This document shows, one piece after another, positions 26,474 to 36,103 of a stretch of DNA of 64,000 nt (position 1 is the first letter of the stretch; each line of letters begins with the position of its first letter). A model generated the notes under the pieces. The model had not been told where the DNA came from and did no database searches. It saw nothing but the letters and a program-made list of their open reading frames with translations. A program made the position numbers and the translations under genes. Source of the stretch: an uncultured Armatimonadia bacterium (GTDB lineage Bacteria > Armatimonadota > Zipacnadia > Zipacnadales > UBA11051); contig CAZUOJ010000001.1 in assembly GCA_964622325.1 (NCBI GenBank), forward strand, positions 492 to 64,491, given 5' to 3'.

Positions 26474-29035
26474 TTAAGGCGCGGCAGATTTTGTGGCCAG
26501 GGGCAGACGCCTCATCGACTGAACATGCGTTTTCTGCTTGGCGAGCGGCTGGCCCTTTTGAGACAAAGACTTTTCTTGAGGCTTGGGCTTGTAAAAGGCC
26601 ACATAGCCTCCTACTAATTCGCTTGTTCCGAGGACGCCGTTCAGATTAGACAGCAACATGAGCTTGCCATTTTGGCTCACAGCGATGCCAATGTGTTGTG
26701 TGCGGCGAGGGCCATATGTAAAGGGCCAAACGAGAATGTCGCCGGGACGCGCCAGGCCATCGGGCCGCGGCTTGTAGCCGCGCTCGGGCAGGCGTTTAAG
26801 CCATTCTGCTGCATCCCCAAGGCCCCAGCCCAACGCTTCGCGCAAAGTCCGTGCACAGCGATTCGGCTCATGCGACACGCGGCCCGTCGCCATCTTCTCC
26901 ACAGCTTTGCAAATTTCGCCCTCCCGCGGATACGTGAGCATGAGATTGCCAAAAAGGCCCGTTTGCATTCCTTCTATGAAACTCTTACGCCATTCCTGAA
27001 GCTTCGCCAGCCGCTTTGCATTTTCATTATGAGAATTATTGATACAGGCTTTTGCTTCTGCGGGCTTCGTTTCGCCAAAATGGATTAAGCCAACAAATTC
27101 TTTCTTCTTTACGACGGGAATTGTGTCCTGAGCAGGGCCCAAATCAGGAGGCATAAGCGGCATTAGCTGATATATGTTCGCCTGCTGTGCTCCTCCTGCG
27201 GGCTTTGCCTCTAAAGCCGGCGTTATTTGTGGCGCTGGCTGCTCTTCAAGGGGGGCAGCTAGCGCCAGCCATTCTAAAGAAGCGTATGTATCCTGGGCAA
27301 AATAGCCTTCTTCCGCCATCACAATCATTTCCACACGAGCCAGGCCGTTTTGGGCGGGCTTAACATCATTAATCCATCCCGCAAGCTGTATGCCTGGATA
27401 ATCGTCAAATGTAATCGTCACGGGTGCTCCCCGGAGAAATTGATCCACATATTTCGCGGCAACATCGGCATACAAAGGAGCGAAATCACGATTGGCGATT
27501 TCCAATAAAGGCTGGCCAGGCTGCACTTGCGCCCCAGGCGGAGCCAGTTGTCGGACAACAAGGCCATCTGTAGGGGCAGCCTGTTCAATCCAGCGCGGCG
27601 CCGCCAACCGTTTCACTTCAATAGGCACAGTCGGAATCTCAGGAATGCCATTGATAGCTGAAGAAGCTGAATCTGTACGAGCTGCCGAAGGGCGGGGCAA
27701 ATTCCGCAAATGCGGCTGCGCAGGAATTGTAGGCGCGGGAAAAACAGATCTTGTCCTGTCCTCCCCGCCATTTGCTGATGCGGCAGCGCGGATAGGCCGG
27801 GCTGCGTTAGGAACAACAGCAGAAGATGTCTGTGTATTATTTTCGCTTTCATTTTTCCCGTTCGGGCGCTGCAGGGGCGTTGGCCGGGAGGGAATTGCTT
27901 CTGACAATGCCGCTGCCTCTTGGCGCCTGGCGACTTGTTGTTCAATTTCCGCTTGCAAAAGTGCCAAGCGCTGGAGCGCTTTTTCGCGTGTTTCTGTTAA
28001 TTCGCTTCTCTTGCGCTCCAAGCTGTGAATTTCGCTTTCCAATTCCTGAGCCTTTTTTTGCGCTGCTTCCAGCATCTTACGCGCTAATACGCCTTGCTCA
28101 AACAGATGCTGGCGCGTTTCTGCATCCTCTCGGGCTGCTGCCCATTCCTGCTGTGCCAGCGAGATTTGTGATTCCAGCTGCGCCACAGCGTCATTAAGCT
28201 CCCGAATGCGATCGCGCACAGCGCTCAGCTCAGCTGTCGTATGTTTAATGTCGTCCACATTTAATGTTTGGGCTTTTTCCAAAGCAGGCGCTGGCGAGGG
28301 GCGCGTCGCCTCTTGAACAGCAGGAGCAAGCCCCATCCGAGGCGCCAGTCCGCTATGGATTTGGGGTCTGGACAAAGTGGGTCGGCCTGAAGCTGCCTCC
28401 TGTGCTACAGAATTTGCCGAGGGCTTTTTAGGGGGCAACAAGCCGTCCATTAATCGTTGTATCACAGTGGGCTGCGGAAAATTCGCTGGCGGCACGGGCG
28501 GCAAGCCTGTTTGGGGAGCGGGCGCAATGACAAAGGGGCTTGTGGCAAAACGCGCCATAATGCTTTCGCCAATGCGTAAATCATTCAAAATGCTCAAATC
28601 GTATATCCGAATAAGCGGCTGTCCGAGATGTGTCAGGCCATCAGGCTCATACAGATATTCCACGATTCCCGCTGTTTGCGCACGGACGATGTATAAAGCG
28701 CTATGTCGTAAAACGCTCTGGGGATCTATAAAGCCCTCGCCAATCTGGATATGCCCCTCAGGGAGTTGGCGCAAACACAAAGGCGCGGGCAAAGGCACAA
28801 GCGCTGAGGGCGAACGGAGAGGCTCAGAGGCGGCAGGCTTCGGCCTTGGCGCTGGCTGAGGATTGCCCCAAGCCTGCGGCAATGGCTCTAACAAGGGATT
28901 CATAGGAGCAGGAACAGAATCCGGCCGCGGCGTGGCAGCAAGCGCCAATTCCGTCAAGCCAACGAAAAAAACAATATTAACTATGATAGCAGCCAGGAAA
29001 GCTGCCTGATTTTTTCTTTGCTGTATCATGGACAT
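26474..29035 (-). CDS. 853-aa membrane-anchored periplasmic protein: HlyD/membrane-fusion-protein-like barrel-sandwich halves separated by a long coiled-coil, with a C-terminal CHAP/NlpC-P60-like cysteine hydrolase domain
   Basis: N-terminal signal anchor and a Pro-rich linker. The two lipoyl-like halves are AQTAGIVEYLYEPDGLTHLGQPLIRIYD and TDGLVVRQLAPPGAQVQPGQPLLEIANRDF, separated by about 300 aa of heptad coiled-coil. The C-terminus has a Cys (EGEICKAVEKM) and ...RPGDILVWPF...RRTQHIGIAVSQNGKLMLLSN, which is a CHAP-like Cys/His arrangement. Confidence 0.6.
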   Translation of the reverse strand: MSMIQQRKNQAAFLAAIIVNIVFFVGLTELALAATPRPDSVPAPMNPLLEPLPQAWGNPQPAPRPKPAASEPLRSPSALVPLPAPLCLRQLPEGHIQIGEGFIDPQSVLRHSALYIVRAQTAGIVEYLYEPDGLTHLGQPLIRIYDLSILNDLRIGESIMARFATSPFVIAPAPQTGLPPVPPANFPQPTVIQRLMDGLLPPKKPSANSVAQEAASGRPTLSRPQIHSGLAPRMGLAPAVQEATRPSPAPALEKAQTLNVDDIKHTTAELSAVRDRIRELNDAVAQLESQISLAQQEWAAAREDAETRQHLFEQGVLARKMLEAAQKKAQELESEIHSLERKRSELTETREKALQRLALLQAEIEQQVARRQEAAALSEAIPSRPTPLQRPNGKNESENNTQTSSAVVPNAARPIRAAASANGGEDRTRSVFPAPTIPAQPHLRNLPRPSAARTDSASSAINGIPEIPTVPIEVKRLAAPRWIEQAAPTDGLVVRQLAPPGAQVQPGQPLLEIANRDFAPLYADVAAKYVDQFLRGAPVTITFDDYPGIQLAGWINDVKPAQNGLARVEMIVMAEEGYFAQDTYASLEWLALAAPLEEQPAPQITPALEAKPAGGAQQANIYQLMPLMPPDLGPAQDTIPVVKKKEFVGLIHFGETKPAEAKACINNSHNENAKRLAKLQEWRKSFIEGMQTGLFGNLMLTYPREGEICKAVEKMATGRVSHEPNRCARTLREALGWGLGDAAEWLKRLPERGYKPRPDGLARPGDILVWPFTYGPRRTQHIGIAVSQNGKLMLLSNLNGVLGTSELVGGYVAFYKPKPQEKSLSQKGQPLAKQKTHVQSMRRLPLATKSAAP

Positions 29036-29599
29036 CTTTTAAAAATGAATATTTTGCGGAATAAATTGTCTTTAGATTGTCTCGCCAATGAATCGCAAAT
29101 TTTCTATCTTTGTTTAAAAAAGTTAAATGTGAATGCTAAAGTTCTCATCTGATTTTATTGCTATTAGTTTTATTCTGACATCATCTTGTGGGATATGTCA
29201 ACACTTTTTTGCAAAGACAGACAAAATAGGATATTCAAGCGATAGATTTTAAAAATGCGTTTTGTGCATCTTAACAAGAATTTTAAACAAACTACATAAT
29301 TTGCAAAGCTCTGGATGAGAACATATTCAGATTTTATTTTTAGCCAAACATGGATATGCTCATAATCAGCTTTAAAATCGAGAAACACAGGCTAAGAGTT
29401 TCCGCATTGCCAATCCAGTTAGCGATCTAAGCTGTCTGCAGAGCTTTTTGTTGTTGAAAACAAAGAATGCTGAAAAATCCAGAAGGAACTCCTATATGCT
29501 TAAAGAAATGAAAAACAATGAAATAACGGCAAATCTAAAACGGCTCATTTTGAAATAAAATATATTCCTCAACATCCCTTGAGCAAGGAGAGAAAGTTA
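29036..29599. promoter_or_regulatory. AT-rich (about 30% GC) 560-bp divergent intergenic/promoter region
   Basis: It lies between the divergently transcribed 853-aa gene and the beta-propeller gene. It contains TTTGCAAAG twice (29206, 29299). An AAGGAG RBS sits at 29585-29590 before the ATG at 29600. Confidence 0.4.
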
Positions 29600-31474
29600 A
29601 TGAGGAGTTTGATCCTGATGCTGATATTGATAGCGATGGCTTCCGGGCTGGCCGCTCAGCCGGGCTTTAAGGATCATGGCATTGCTGCGCCTGCCACAGA
29701 AAGCCGCGGAATGGCGCTTGTACAAGATGCCGCGGGCCACAATTTGGCCATCATCTTAACATATGATTTGAGCCCGCGGGGCTATCTGCTTGTAGTGGAT
29801 CTGGCTCAGGGGAAAACAGAGCAAATATATTATCCCGAGGGCGTTCCCAATTCTCCGCCATTTGCCTCGTTAATGAGCAGGAATGGCCGCTTTTACACAG
29901 GCGCCGGGCCCACATTGCTGGAATTTGATCCCTTCACGCGTCAATTTCTTTTTCACGGCGTTCCCAATCCCCAAGCAAGCTGTTTTGTAGGCGAGGCTTT
30001 TGCGGATGGCCCGGATCCTTTCATCTATCTCGGCACATATCCTGATTGTCGCGTGTATTCCTTTAATACGCAGACGAAAGAAATGCAGGAAATCGGACAG
30101 CTCGATCCCCAGGAAAAATATCTCAATTATTTGGCTGTGGACAGCGCTGGCTGGATTTATGGGGGAATTGGCACAGCACGCTGGAACATCGTTGCCATAC
30201 ATCCGCAAACAAAAGAGCGTCGCCAGCTCCTGGACGAAGCCGAACGCAAAACAGGCACGGCATATGTGTATAGCGGCGTAGACGGCAAAGCTTATGGCCG
30301 GGCGGGAGATATTTGTTTCCGCTTATTTGAGGGCAAAGCCGAAAGAATAAAGCCAGAAGAGATGGCGGCGCGCGTGCCCGGGCCTTTTGGCTGGGGCGTG
30401 GCTTCAGGCGTGTTGCCAGACAAGCGCGTTGTGAGGCTTAATTGGCCCGAAAAATATATGACAATCAGCCAGCCGGACACACAGGAGACAAAGAAGATCG
30501 CGTTATCGTTCGAGTCAGGCGGAGCAATGTTGACATCGTTAATCGCAGGGCCTGATAGCAAAATTTACGGCTCCTCGGCCCATCCAATGCATTTCTTTGT
30601 TTATGATCCGCAAGCAGACAAGCTTACAGATTTGGGGCCTGTTCGGCGTGTGGGCGGAGGCAATTTCTGCGCGATGGCTGTACAGGGGCCCTACATTGCT
30701 GCCGCTTCGTATTCGCTAGGCATCTTCCATCTTTTTGACACAAGAAAGCCCTTCAATGGAGGCTTTGGCGAGGATCCTAATCCGCGGGAATTAGCCGAAT
30801 GGCCCCAAGATATATGTCGGCCACGCGCTTGTCTGGCTCATCCCAATGGGGAGGAGATTATGATGGCGGGCTATGCCGGCTATGGCCTGTGTGGCGGGGG
30901 ATTGGGCATTTACAATCTGCGCACACAGCAAGCCACATTGCTTACGCATGAACAGCTTATCCCGAATCAAAGCACAATTGCTTTGGCCGCGTTGCCCGAT
31001 GGCCGCATTGTCGGCAGCACGAGCATTGAAGCGCCGGGCGGCGGGCATCCTCTGGCTAAAGAAGCTGTCGTGTATATTCTGGATTGGGCGACAAAGAAAG
31101 TCGTATTCCAGCAGGCGCCCTATCCGGGCGAAGCGAATTTGCCCAGCCTCATTGTGGGTCCCGATGGGCTTGTATACGGTATCAGTGGCCGCTCGAAGCT
31201 GTATGTGCTCAATCCCGCCCGGCCAGAAATTGTACGGACAGATGTCGATTTGAGTGCGTATGGCAGCATTGTGCGGCCGGGCATGATTTTGGGGCCCGAT
31301 AAGAACATTTATGCGGCATTTTCACGCGCTATTGTTCGGATCCAGCCGGGAGCCTGTACGCACGAAAAAATAGCGGAGGCGCCAATGGGAATTTCGGCGG
31401 GGCCTGTATTCTTTAATGGCCGCCTGTATTTTGCTTCCGGCGCACGGCTGTGGAGCTATGCGTTGCCGTTGTAA
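29600..31474 (+). CDS. Secreted beta-propeller repeat protein (YG-repeat blades)
   Basis: Signal peptide MRSLILMLILIAMASGLAAQ. Recurring blade motifs include GWIYGGIG, KIYGSSAHP, DGLVYGISG, KNIYAAF and GRLYFASG. Confidence 0.45.
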   Translation: MRSLILMLILIAMASGLAAQPGFKDHGIAAPATESRGMALVQDAAGHNLAIILTYDLSPRGYLLVVDLAQGKTEQIYYPEGVPNSPPFASLMSRNGRFYTGAGPTLLEFDPFTRQFLFHGVPNPQASCFVGEAFADGPDPFIYLGTYPDCRVYSFNTQTKEMQEIGQLDPQEKYLNYLAVDSAGWIYGGIGTARWNIVAIHPQTKERRQLLDEAERKTGTAYVYSGVDGKAYGRAGDICFRLFEGKAERIKPEEMAARVPGPFGWGVASGVLPDKRVVRLNWPEKYMTISQPDTQETKKIALSFESGGAMLTSLIAGPDSKIYGSSAHPMHFFVYDPQADKLTDLGPVRRVGGGNFCAMAVQGPYIAAASYSLGIFHLFDTRKPFNGGFGEDPNPRELAEWPQDICRPRACLAHPNGEEIMMAGYAGYGLCGGGLGIYNLRTQQATLLTHEQLIPNQSTIALAALPDGRIVGSTSIEAPGGGHPLAKEAVVYILDWATKKVVFQQAPYPGEANLPSLIVGPDGLVYGISGRSKLYVLNPARPEIVRTDVDLSAYGSIVRPGMILGPDKNIYAAFSRAIVRIQPGACTHEKIAEAPMGISAGPVFFNGRLYFASGARLWSYALPL

Positions 31475-31576
31475 AATGCCTCTCTCTTCCACAAGGATGA
31501 GGGAATATAAGCTTGGCGCACATTGAGAGATTAAAAGATTAGCATCTGCATTCTAAAATTTGCTGCGAGGCGAAAG

Positions 31577-31864
31577 ATGGAAAAGCTCAAAAAGCGCGCC
31601 TATGGCCTGTTTTCTTTGGCTTTCTGGTTATTTTGTGGAATTATCTTTGCCCAGGAAGGGACGACAGATCTCGTCACGCCGGAGGAACGGCGCCGGGCAG
31701 CGATGATGATTCTTTTGCTGATGATTTTGGGCCTGGCAATGACAATTTTGTTTTTGTGGATTTTGCGGCGTCGGGGGATTGTGGAGGCGCCGCCAGCTGA
31801 AGATCCTCTGGCAAAAATAAAGGAAGAAATCGCTCGTCAGGCCGAGGACAGAGATAAAGAATGA
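31577..31864 (+). CDS. Small two-TM membrane protein (hypothetical)
   Basis: 95 aa with two hydrophobic helices and a charged C-terminal tail. The coding assignment is tentative. Confidence 0.35.
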   Translation: MEKLKKRAYGLFSLAFWLFCGIIFAQEGTTDLVTPEERRRAAMMILLLMILGLAMTILFLWILRRRGIVEAPPAEDPLAKIKEEIARQAEDRDKE

Positions 31865-31985
31865 TTTCTTTAAAGTATAAAATAAAAATAGGGCCCTGGG
31901 AGGGCACAGAAAACGAAGATGGCGATTTTCACAGGCTTATTGATAAGAGAGCGCGCCATTTACATGCAAAAAAGGAGTAAGAATA

Positions 31986-33092
31986 ATGTTGAAAATTGGC
32001 ATTGCTGGGCTTCGGCGGGGCGCGGGCGTGGCACAAGTTTTTTTCCATCACAAGGAATGTCAAATCGTGGCGGGTTGTGATGTAAACGCAGAGCGGGCCA
32101 AACAGTGGGCAGAAGCCAATAATGTGCCCTATTGGTTTGATGATTACAGTAAGTTCTGTCAGGCTGATTTTGACGCTGTGTTTGTGGCCACGCCGGCGCC
32201 TGTACATGTAGCGTGTGTGAAGGAAGCTTTGCGCCACGGCAAGCATGTGCTTTCTGAAGTGCCCGCCTGTTATACATTGTCTGAAGCTTATGAGCTGGTG
32301 GAAGCTGTGGAGGCAGCGCCACATTTGAAGTATATGTTCGCGGAGAATATGTGTTATTTTGCGTGGGTGCAGGCCTATCGCGAGTTCATTCATCAGGGCC
32401 ATTTAGGAGAGATTGTGTATGCAGAAGGGGAATACATCCATGATCTCGGGAGCTTGCTGTTTGATGAGCAGGGCCGCCCCACATGGCGCACAAAGCTGCC
32501 CCCGATTCAATATCCCACGCATGATCTGGGGCCAATTTTGCAAATTATGCAGGATCGTGTTGTTTTGGCTGTCGGGATGCACACAGGCTGCCACAAACGG
32601 CCGGAGCTGGGCACAATTGATATGGAAGTAGGGCTATTTAAGACGGCCAAAGGAAAAGTCATTAAGCAGCTATGTGGCTTTTCTGTCGCCAAGGAGCCGG
32701 CTCATCATTGGTTTTGTCTTTACGGGACAAAGGGACAAATCGAAAGCCCCCGCACGCCCGAGGGCAAGCATTTGTTGTGGCTGGAGGATGTCCCGGCGCT
32801 GACGCGTTCGATAGAATTGCCTCTGGGGATTAATCATCGCGGCGCGCCGCCTGAAGCCACATTAGGCGGACATGGCACAAGCGAATATTATATGGTGGAT
32901 GATTTCGTCCGCTGCATTCTGGAGGATACAAAGCCGCCCATTGATGTTTATGAAGCGCTGGATCAGACATTGCCTGGCATTTGTGCCCATATTTCGGCGG
33001 AGAATGGCAGCCAGCCCGTGGAAGTGCCGGATTTGCGCCCCGCCGCCCGCCAAAACAGCCAAACACTGCCTACACAAATAATACAGCCTTAA
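31986..33092 (+). CDS. Gfo/Idh/MocA-family NAD(P)-dependent oxidoreductase
   Basis: Typical N-terminus MLKIGIAGLRRGAGVAQVFFHHKECQIVAGCDVN...AVFVATPAPVHVACVKEALRHGKHVLSEVP. Confidence 0.8.
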   Translation: MLKIGIAGLRRGAGVAQVFFHHKECQIVAGCDVNAERAKQWAEANNVPYWFDDYSKFCQADFDAVFVATPAPVHVACVKEALRHGKHVLSEVPACYTLSEAYELVEAVEAAPHLKYMFAENMCYFAWVQAYREFIHQGHLGEIVYAEGEYIHDLGSLLFDEQGRPTWRTKLPPIQYPTHDLGPILQIMQDRVVLAVGMHTGCHKRPELGTIDMEVGLFKTAKGKVIKQLCGFSVAKEPAHHWFCLYGTKGQIESPRTPEGKHLLWLEDVPALTRSIELPLGINHRGAPPEATLGGHGTSEYYMVDDFVRCILEDTKPPIDVYEALDQTLPGICAHISAENGSQPVEVPDLRPAARQNSQTLPTQIIQP

Positions 33093-33208
33093 GCGTAGAG
33101 CTAATTACGCAAATCAAGCATTTGTTAAGCGTCCTGTTTGAATAAGAAGACAAGATAATTGCTTATTGAGCCGCTTATAAAAATTATCTTCAGAAGGGCA
33201 ACAGCGCT

Positions 33209-35389
33209 TCAAGGCAGACTCGCCAGGCCTGCTTGCGGCAGCACGGATTGTGTTAAATCGGCTTCTTTCAGGATTTTGCCGCCCTGCATTATCTTAATAT
33301 GTCCGCCGACAGCCCCCTGCGTCGGCAAGCGTAGCGTTACATATTTGTCATGGGCCTGAAACTCCAATAAGATGATATCGCTTTCCCTCTGCAGGCGCAC
33401 CGGCGTCATCGTGTCCATGCTTTGATCGCCCACCTGCAACAGATGCAAAAAGATATCCAGCTGTCGCGGCGCGCCCGGCTTCACTTCCAGCCGCCAGCGC
33501 CCCATTAATTCCGGCACTTCTTTGTATTGCAATTTGCGTATTCCCGTATATTCCTGTTTGACAATATTTTCCGAGGGGCCTGCATTAATGTCATAATTCA
33601 CGCCTTCCACCAGAAATTCTTTGCCGGGGCCGCCGACTTTTTCAATGACAGCATCTTCCGGCAAAAGCGTGCGACAAAAAATGCGGCCCCTGTCCTGATC
33701 GGCGCGGGCAACACGCCCTTCCAGCAAAGGCTCATTGGCAAAATGGATCAGCCATGTTTTGGCATATTCCGGCTTTGTGGACACAACGCGGTCACACACA
33801 ACGAAATGATCCGGCATCACAAACAAAAATTGGCGGATCATTTGCTGGCATTTTTCCGCATTGTATACAGGCGCCAAATCAATAGCAGCATAGCTATACA
33901 ATGGATTTGTCTCAAACGCAATGACTTTTGAACCGATTTGCTTGTCCTGGCCGCCGGCCTGGGCATACACGGGGCCATTCCAATACGGCGAGGGCTTTTC
34001 GCCGGGCATTTTTATCAGAATACAGTTATGAGCGATTGTCTGAGCATAATAATTTTGCAGATTGTCCGTATTGCCTTCACGCGTGCCTGTGTCCAGCGCC
34101 AGAAAGCCCTGTTTGTAAATTGTGAAATGGCCTGAATCGTAATGTTTGTGCTGGGGGGAGGCGCCTTCGGCAGAAAGCATGCAATATGTATCCATCGGCC
34201 CATCGCCAGAACGCATGAAGAGCTGTCCCATTTGAGGGAAAAAGCGCGCCGGCGGCAGACGGCCTGGATCTAGAGGCGGGGGCGCTTTATCTAGCTCTGT
34301 GAGCAAAAAAGGATAAAAGCCCCATCTGGCCACGTTAAAATGGACGGGAAAAAGCTCACGCACATGAGCCGCCAGCGCGGCTTCTTGAGGCCGTAATTGG
34401 CCATAAAAGTGCATAATATGGGACAAATGGCTATACATATCCCAGCGCGGCAATTTGTTGTCCGTATGGGGCGCGTCGCCAAAGCCGTATTCCAAAAGGC
34501 CGGGCAAACAATTCCAGAGTACATAATTGGCAAAGCTCGCCACATAGGCCAATTCGGCGCGGCAATCCCATCCCAGAGCCGATTTCATACAATGCAAATA
34601 ATTCCATTCGGCCACAGGATATTCGCCGAACGCGTAGCCTAATGTAGGCGAAGCTGCGCCGCCGTCATCATCTGCCATCTTCCGCCGATGGGCAATAACT
34701 TTTTGATATGTGTCATAGCCCTGCTCCAGCAAACGCAATGCCACCGCATCATCCACGCCCGAACGATACAACGCCAGGCCTGTAAAAAGCGCCAGATTCT
34801 CATCGCCATAATAGCCAGACATAAAGCCGCCGCGATTTTGCCGTTGTTTCGCCTGGCCGAAAACAGCTTCTTCCACATGCGCCAGGAAGCTCCGCGCTAA
34901 TTCAATACGCTCGCTTTCTGGCAGCTCATTCCAGAGCCAATCCAGGGCACACAGCCAGCCAATGCGGCTATGCGCATACCAGCTTACAGATTTTCCCTGC
35001 GCAAAGCACGCCTGATAATAATCCAGGCTGGCCCACAGCATTTGCCGGATGCGCTCCAAACGTTGTGGATCCGGCTGAACAAGCTGGACAAAGGCCGCCG
35101 CCATCAGCCGATCCCCCCAATCGTACGCCTCCACGACACTGTCAGGACGCTTTGGCGGCCGTTGAATAGCGGACCATTCGCCTATCGGGACGGGATTTTC
35201 CCCGAATTTGCGCAAATTTTCCAGATGTTCTCGCAAGGGCCCCGCTGCACGTGCTTTGATAAGCGGCCACATATCGGCATTAAAAAAGAGGCGGGGATGA
35301 TCCGCGCGAATGCGATTCCAGTCGGGCGCTTGTCCCTGGGCCATGGCACAGATTAACAAAGCTATCCCAACAGGCCATATCACAAGCAT
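33209..35389 (-). CDS. Secreted heparinase II/III-like polysaccharide lyase family protein
   Basis: The start ATG at 35389 follows an AGGAGC RBS, and the signal peptide is MLVIWPVGIALLICAMAQG. The N-terminal alginate-lyase-like domain starts at HPRLFF. The heparinase II/III signature HKHYDSGHFTIYKQGFLALDTG (HxHxDxGxF) is present. Confidence 0.7.
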   Translation of the reverse strand: MLVIWPVGIALLICAMAQGQAPDWNRIRADHPRLFFNADMWPLIKARAAGPLREHLENLRKFGENPVPIGEWSAIQRPPKRPDSVVEAYDWGDRLMAAAFVQLVQPDPQRLERIRQMLWASLDYYQACFAQGKSVSWYAHSRIGWLCALDWLWNELPESERIELARSFLAHVEEAVFGQAKQRQNRGGFMSGYYGDENLALFTGLALYRSGVDDAVALRLLEQGYDTYQKVIAHRRKMADDDGGAASPTLGYAFGEYPVAEWNYLHCMKSALGWDCRAELAYVASFANYVLWNCLPGLLEYGFGDAPHTDNKLPRWDMYSHLSHIMHFYGQLRPQEAALAAHVRELFPVHFNVARWGFYPFLLTELDKAPPPLDPGRLPPARFFPQMGQLFMRSGDGPMDTYCMLSAEGASPQHKHYDSGHFTIYKQGFLALDTGTREGNTDNLQNYYAQTIAHNCILIKMPGEKPSPYWNGPVYAQAGGQDKQIGSKVIAFETNPLYSYAAIDLAPVYNAEKCQQMIRQFLFVMPDHFVVCDRVVSTKPEYAKTWLIHFANEPLLEGRVARADQDRGRIFCRTLLPEDAVIEKVGGPGKEFLVEGVNYDINAGPSENIVKQEYTGIRKLQYKEVPELMGRWRLEVKPGAPRQLDIFLHLLQVGDQSMDTMTPVRLQRESDIILLEFQAHDKYVTLRLPTQGAVGGHIKIMQGGKILKEADLTQSVLPQAGLASLP

Positions 35390-35554
35390 TTTGTTTGCTC
35401 CTGAAAATATGAAGAATTTTTTCAAAGCACAGGCTGCGAGTTTGTGGCGCGTTTCCGCGCGAATATTGGAGAATAATTCCCCTGCAAAAGCACAAAGCCT
35501 TCTCTCTATGAGAAGGCTTTGTCGCCACTGCAAAAATAACAATCTGATGCCGCG

Positions 35555-35857
35555 TTAGACGAGCACAGCCACGACTTCGTCGTCTTCATCCACATTCATC
35601 ACTCGCACGCCTCCCGCTGTGCGGCTGCGTTGCGAAATGTCATCTACATTTGTCATCAGCGCCATGCCTTTTGCGGTCATTATGAGCACGCGCTGGCCTG
35701 TGCCTGTCTGCACATGCTCCATCGCCGCCACGGCATCTCCCTCGCCGACTTTGAAGCCCAAGACGCCCTTGCCCCCCTTGCCCTTTGTGGGGAATTCATC
35801 GGCCAAGACAACTTTGCCCTGTCCTTTCTTTGTAACAATCAAGACAGCTTCCGCCAT
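35555..35857 (-). CDS. Stand-alone 100-aa protein made of two GyrA/ParC C-terminal-domain (beta-pinwheel) blade repeats with a GyrA-box-like motif
   Basis: KGKGGKGVLGFKVGEGDAVAA resembles the GyrA box Q(R/K)RGG(K/R)G plus a blade. SQRSRTAGGVRVMNVDEDDEVVAV matches the blade consensus R.a.GV..i.l.e.DevV. Confidence 0.45.
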   Translation of the reverse strand: MAEAVLIVTKKGQGKVVLADEFPTKGKGGKGVLGFKVGEGDAVAAMEHVQTGTGQRVLIMTAKGMALMTNVDDISQRSRTAGGVRVMNVDEDDEVVAVLV

Positions 35858-36103
35858 GTGCGTACCCCTTTCTTAATTTGTGATTTTTTCACGCTGCTCA
35901 ATGGCATTGTAGCTAATTGCCTGTTGTTATGCAACTAAAAAATTCGTTTTTGGGGCTTTATTTGCTCTCAGAAGCCTTTTTTTGTTTTTGTCGCCTTGAA
36001 ATCCCTTGCATTTTGCTTTTTATAAACAAGAGGCTTCTGCGTATCACTAAAGAATAGAAAACACAATTCTCCTTTTATGATTTAAATCCAGGAGGCAAAA
36101 ACG

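Noticed and set aside
29170-29388. 72-aa ORF in the AT-rich intergenic region
   Set aside because: It is an AT-driven open frame with no RBS and a low-complexity hydrophobic translation. The region is treated as regulatory instead.
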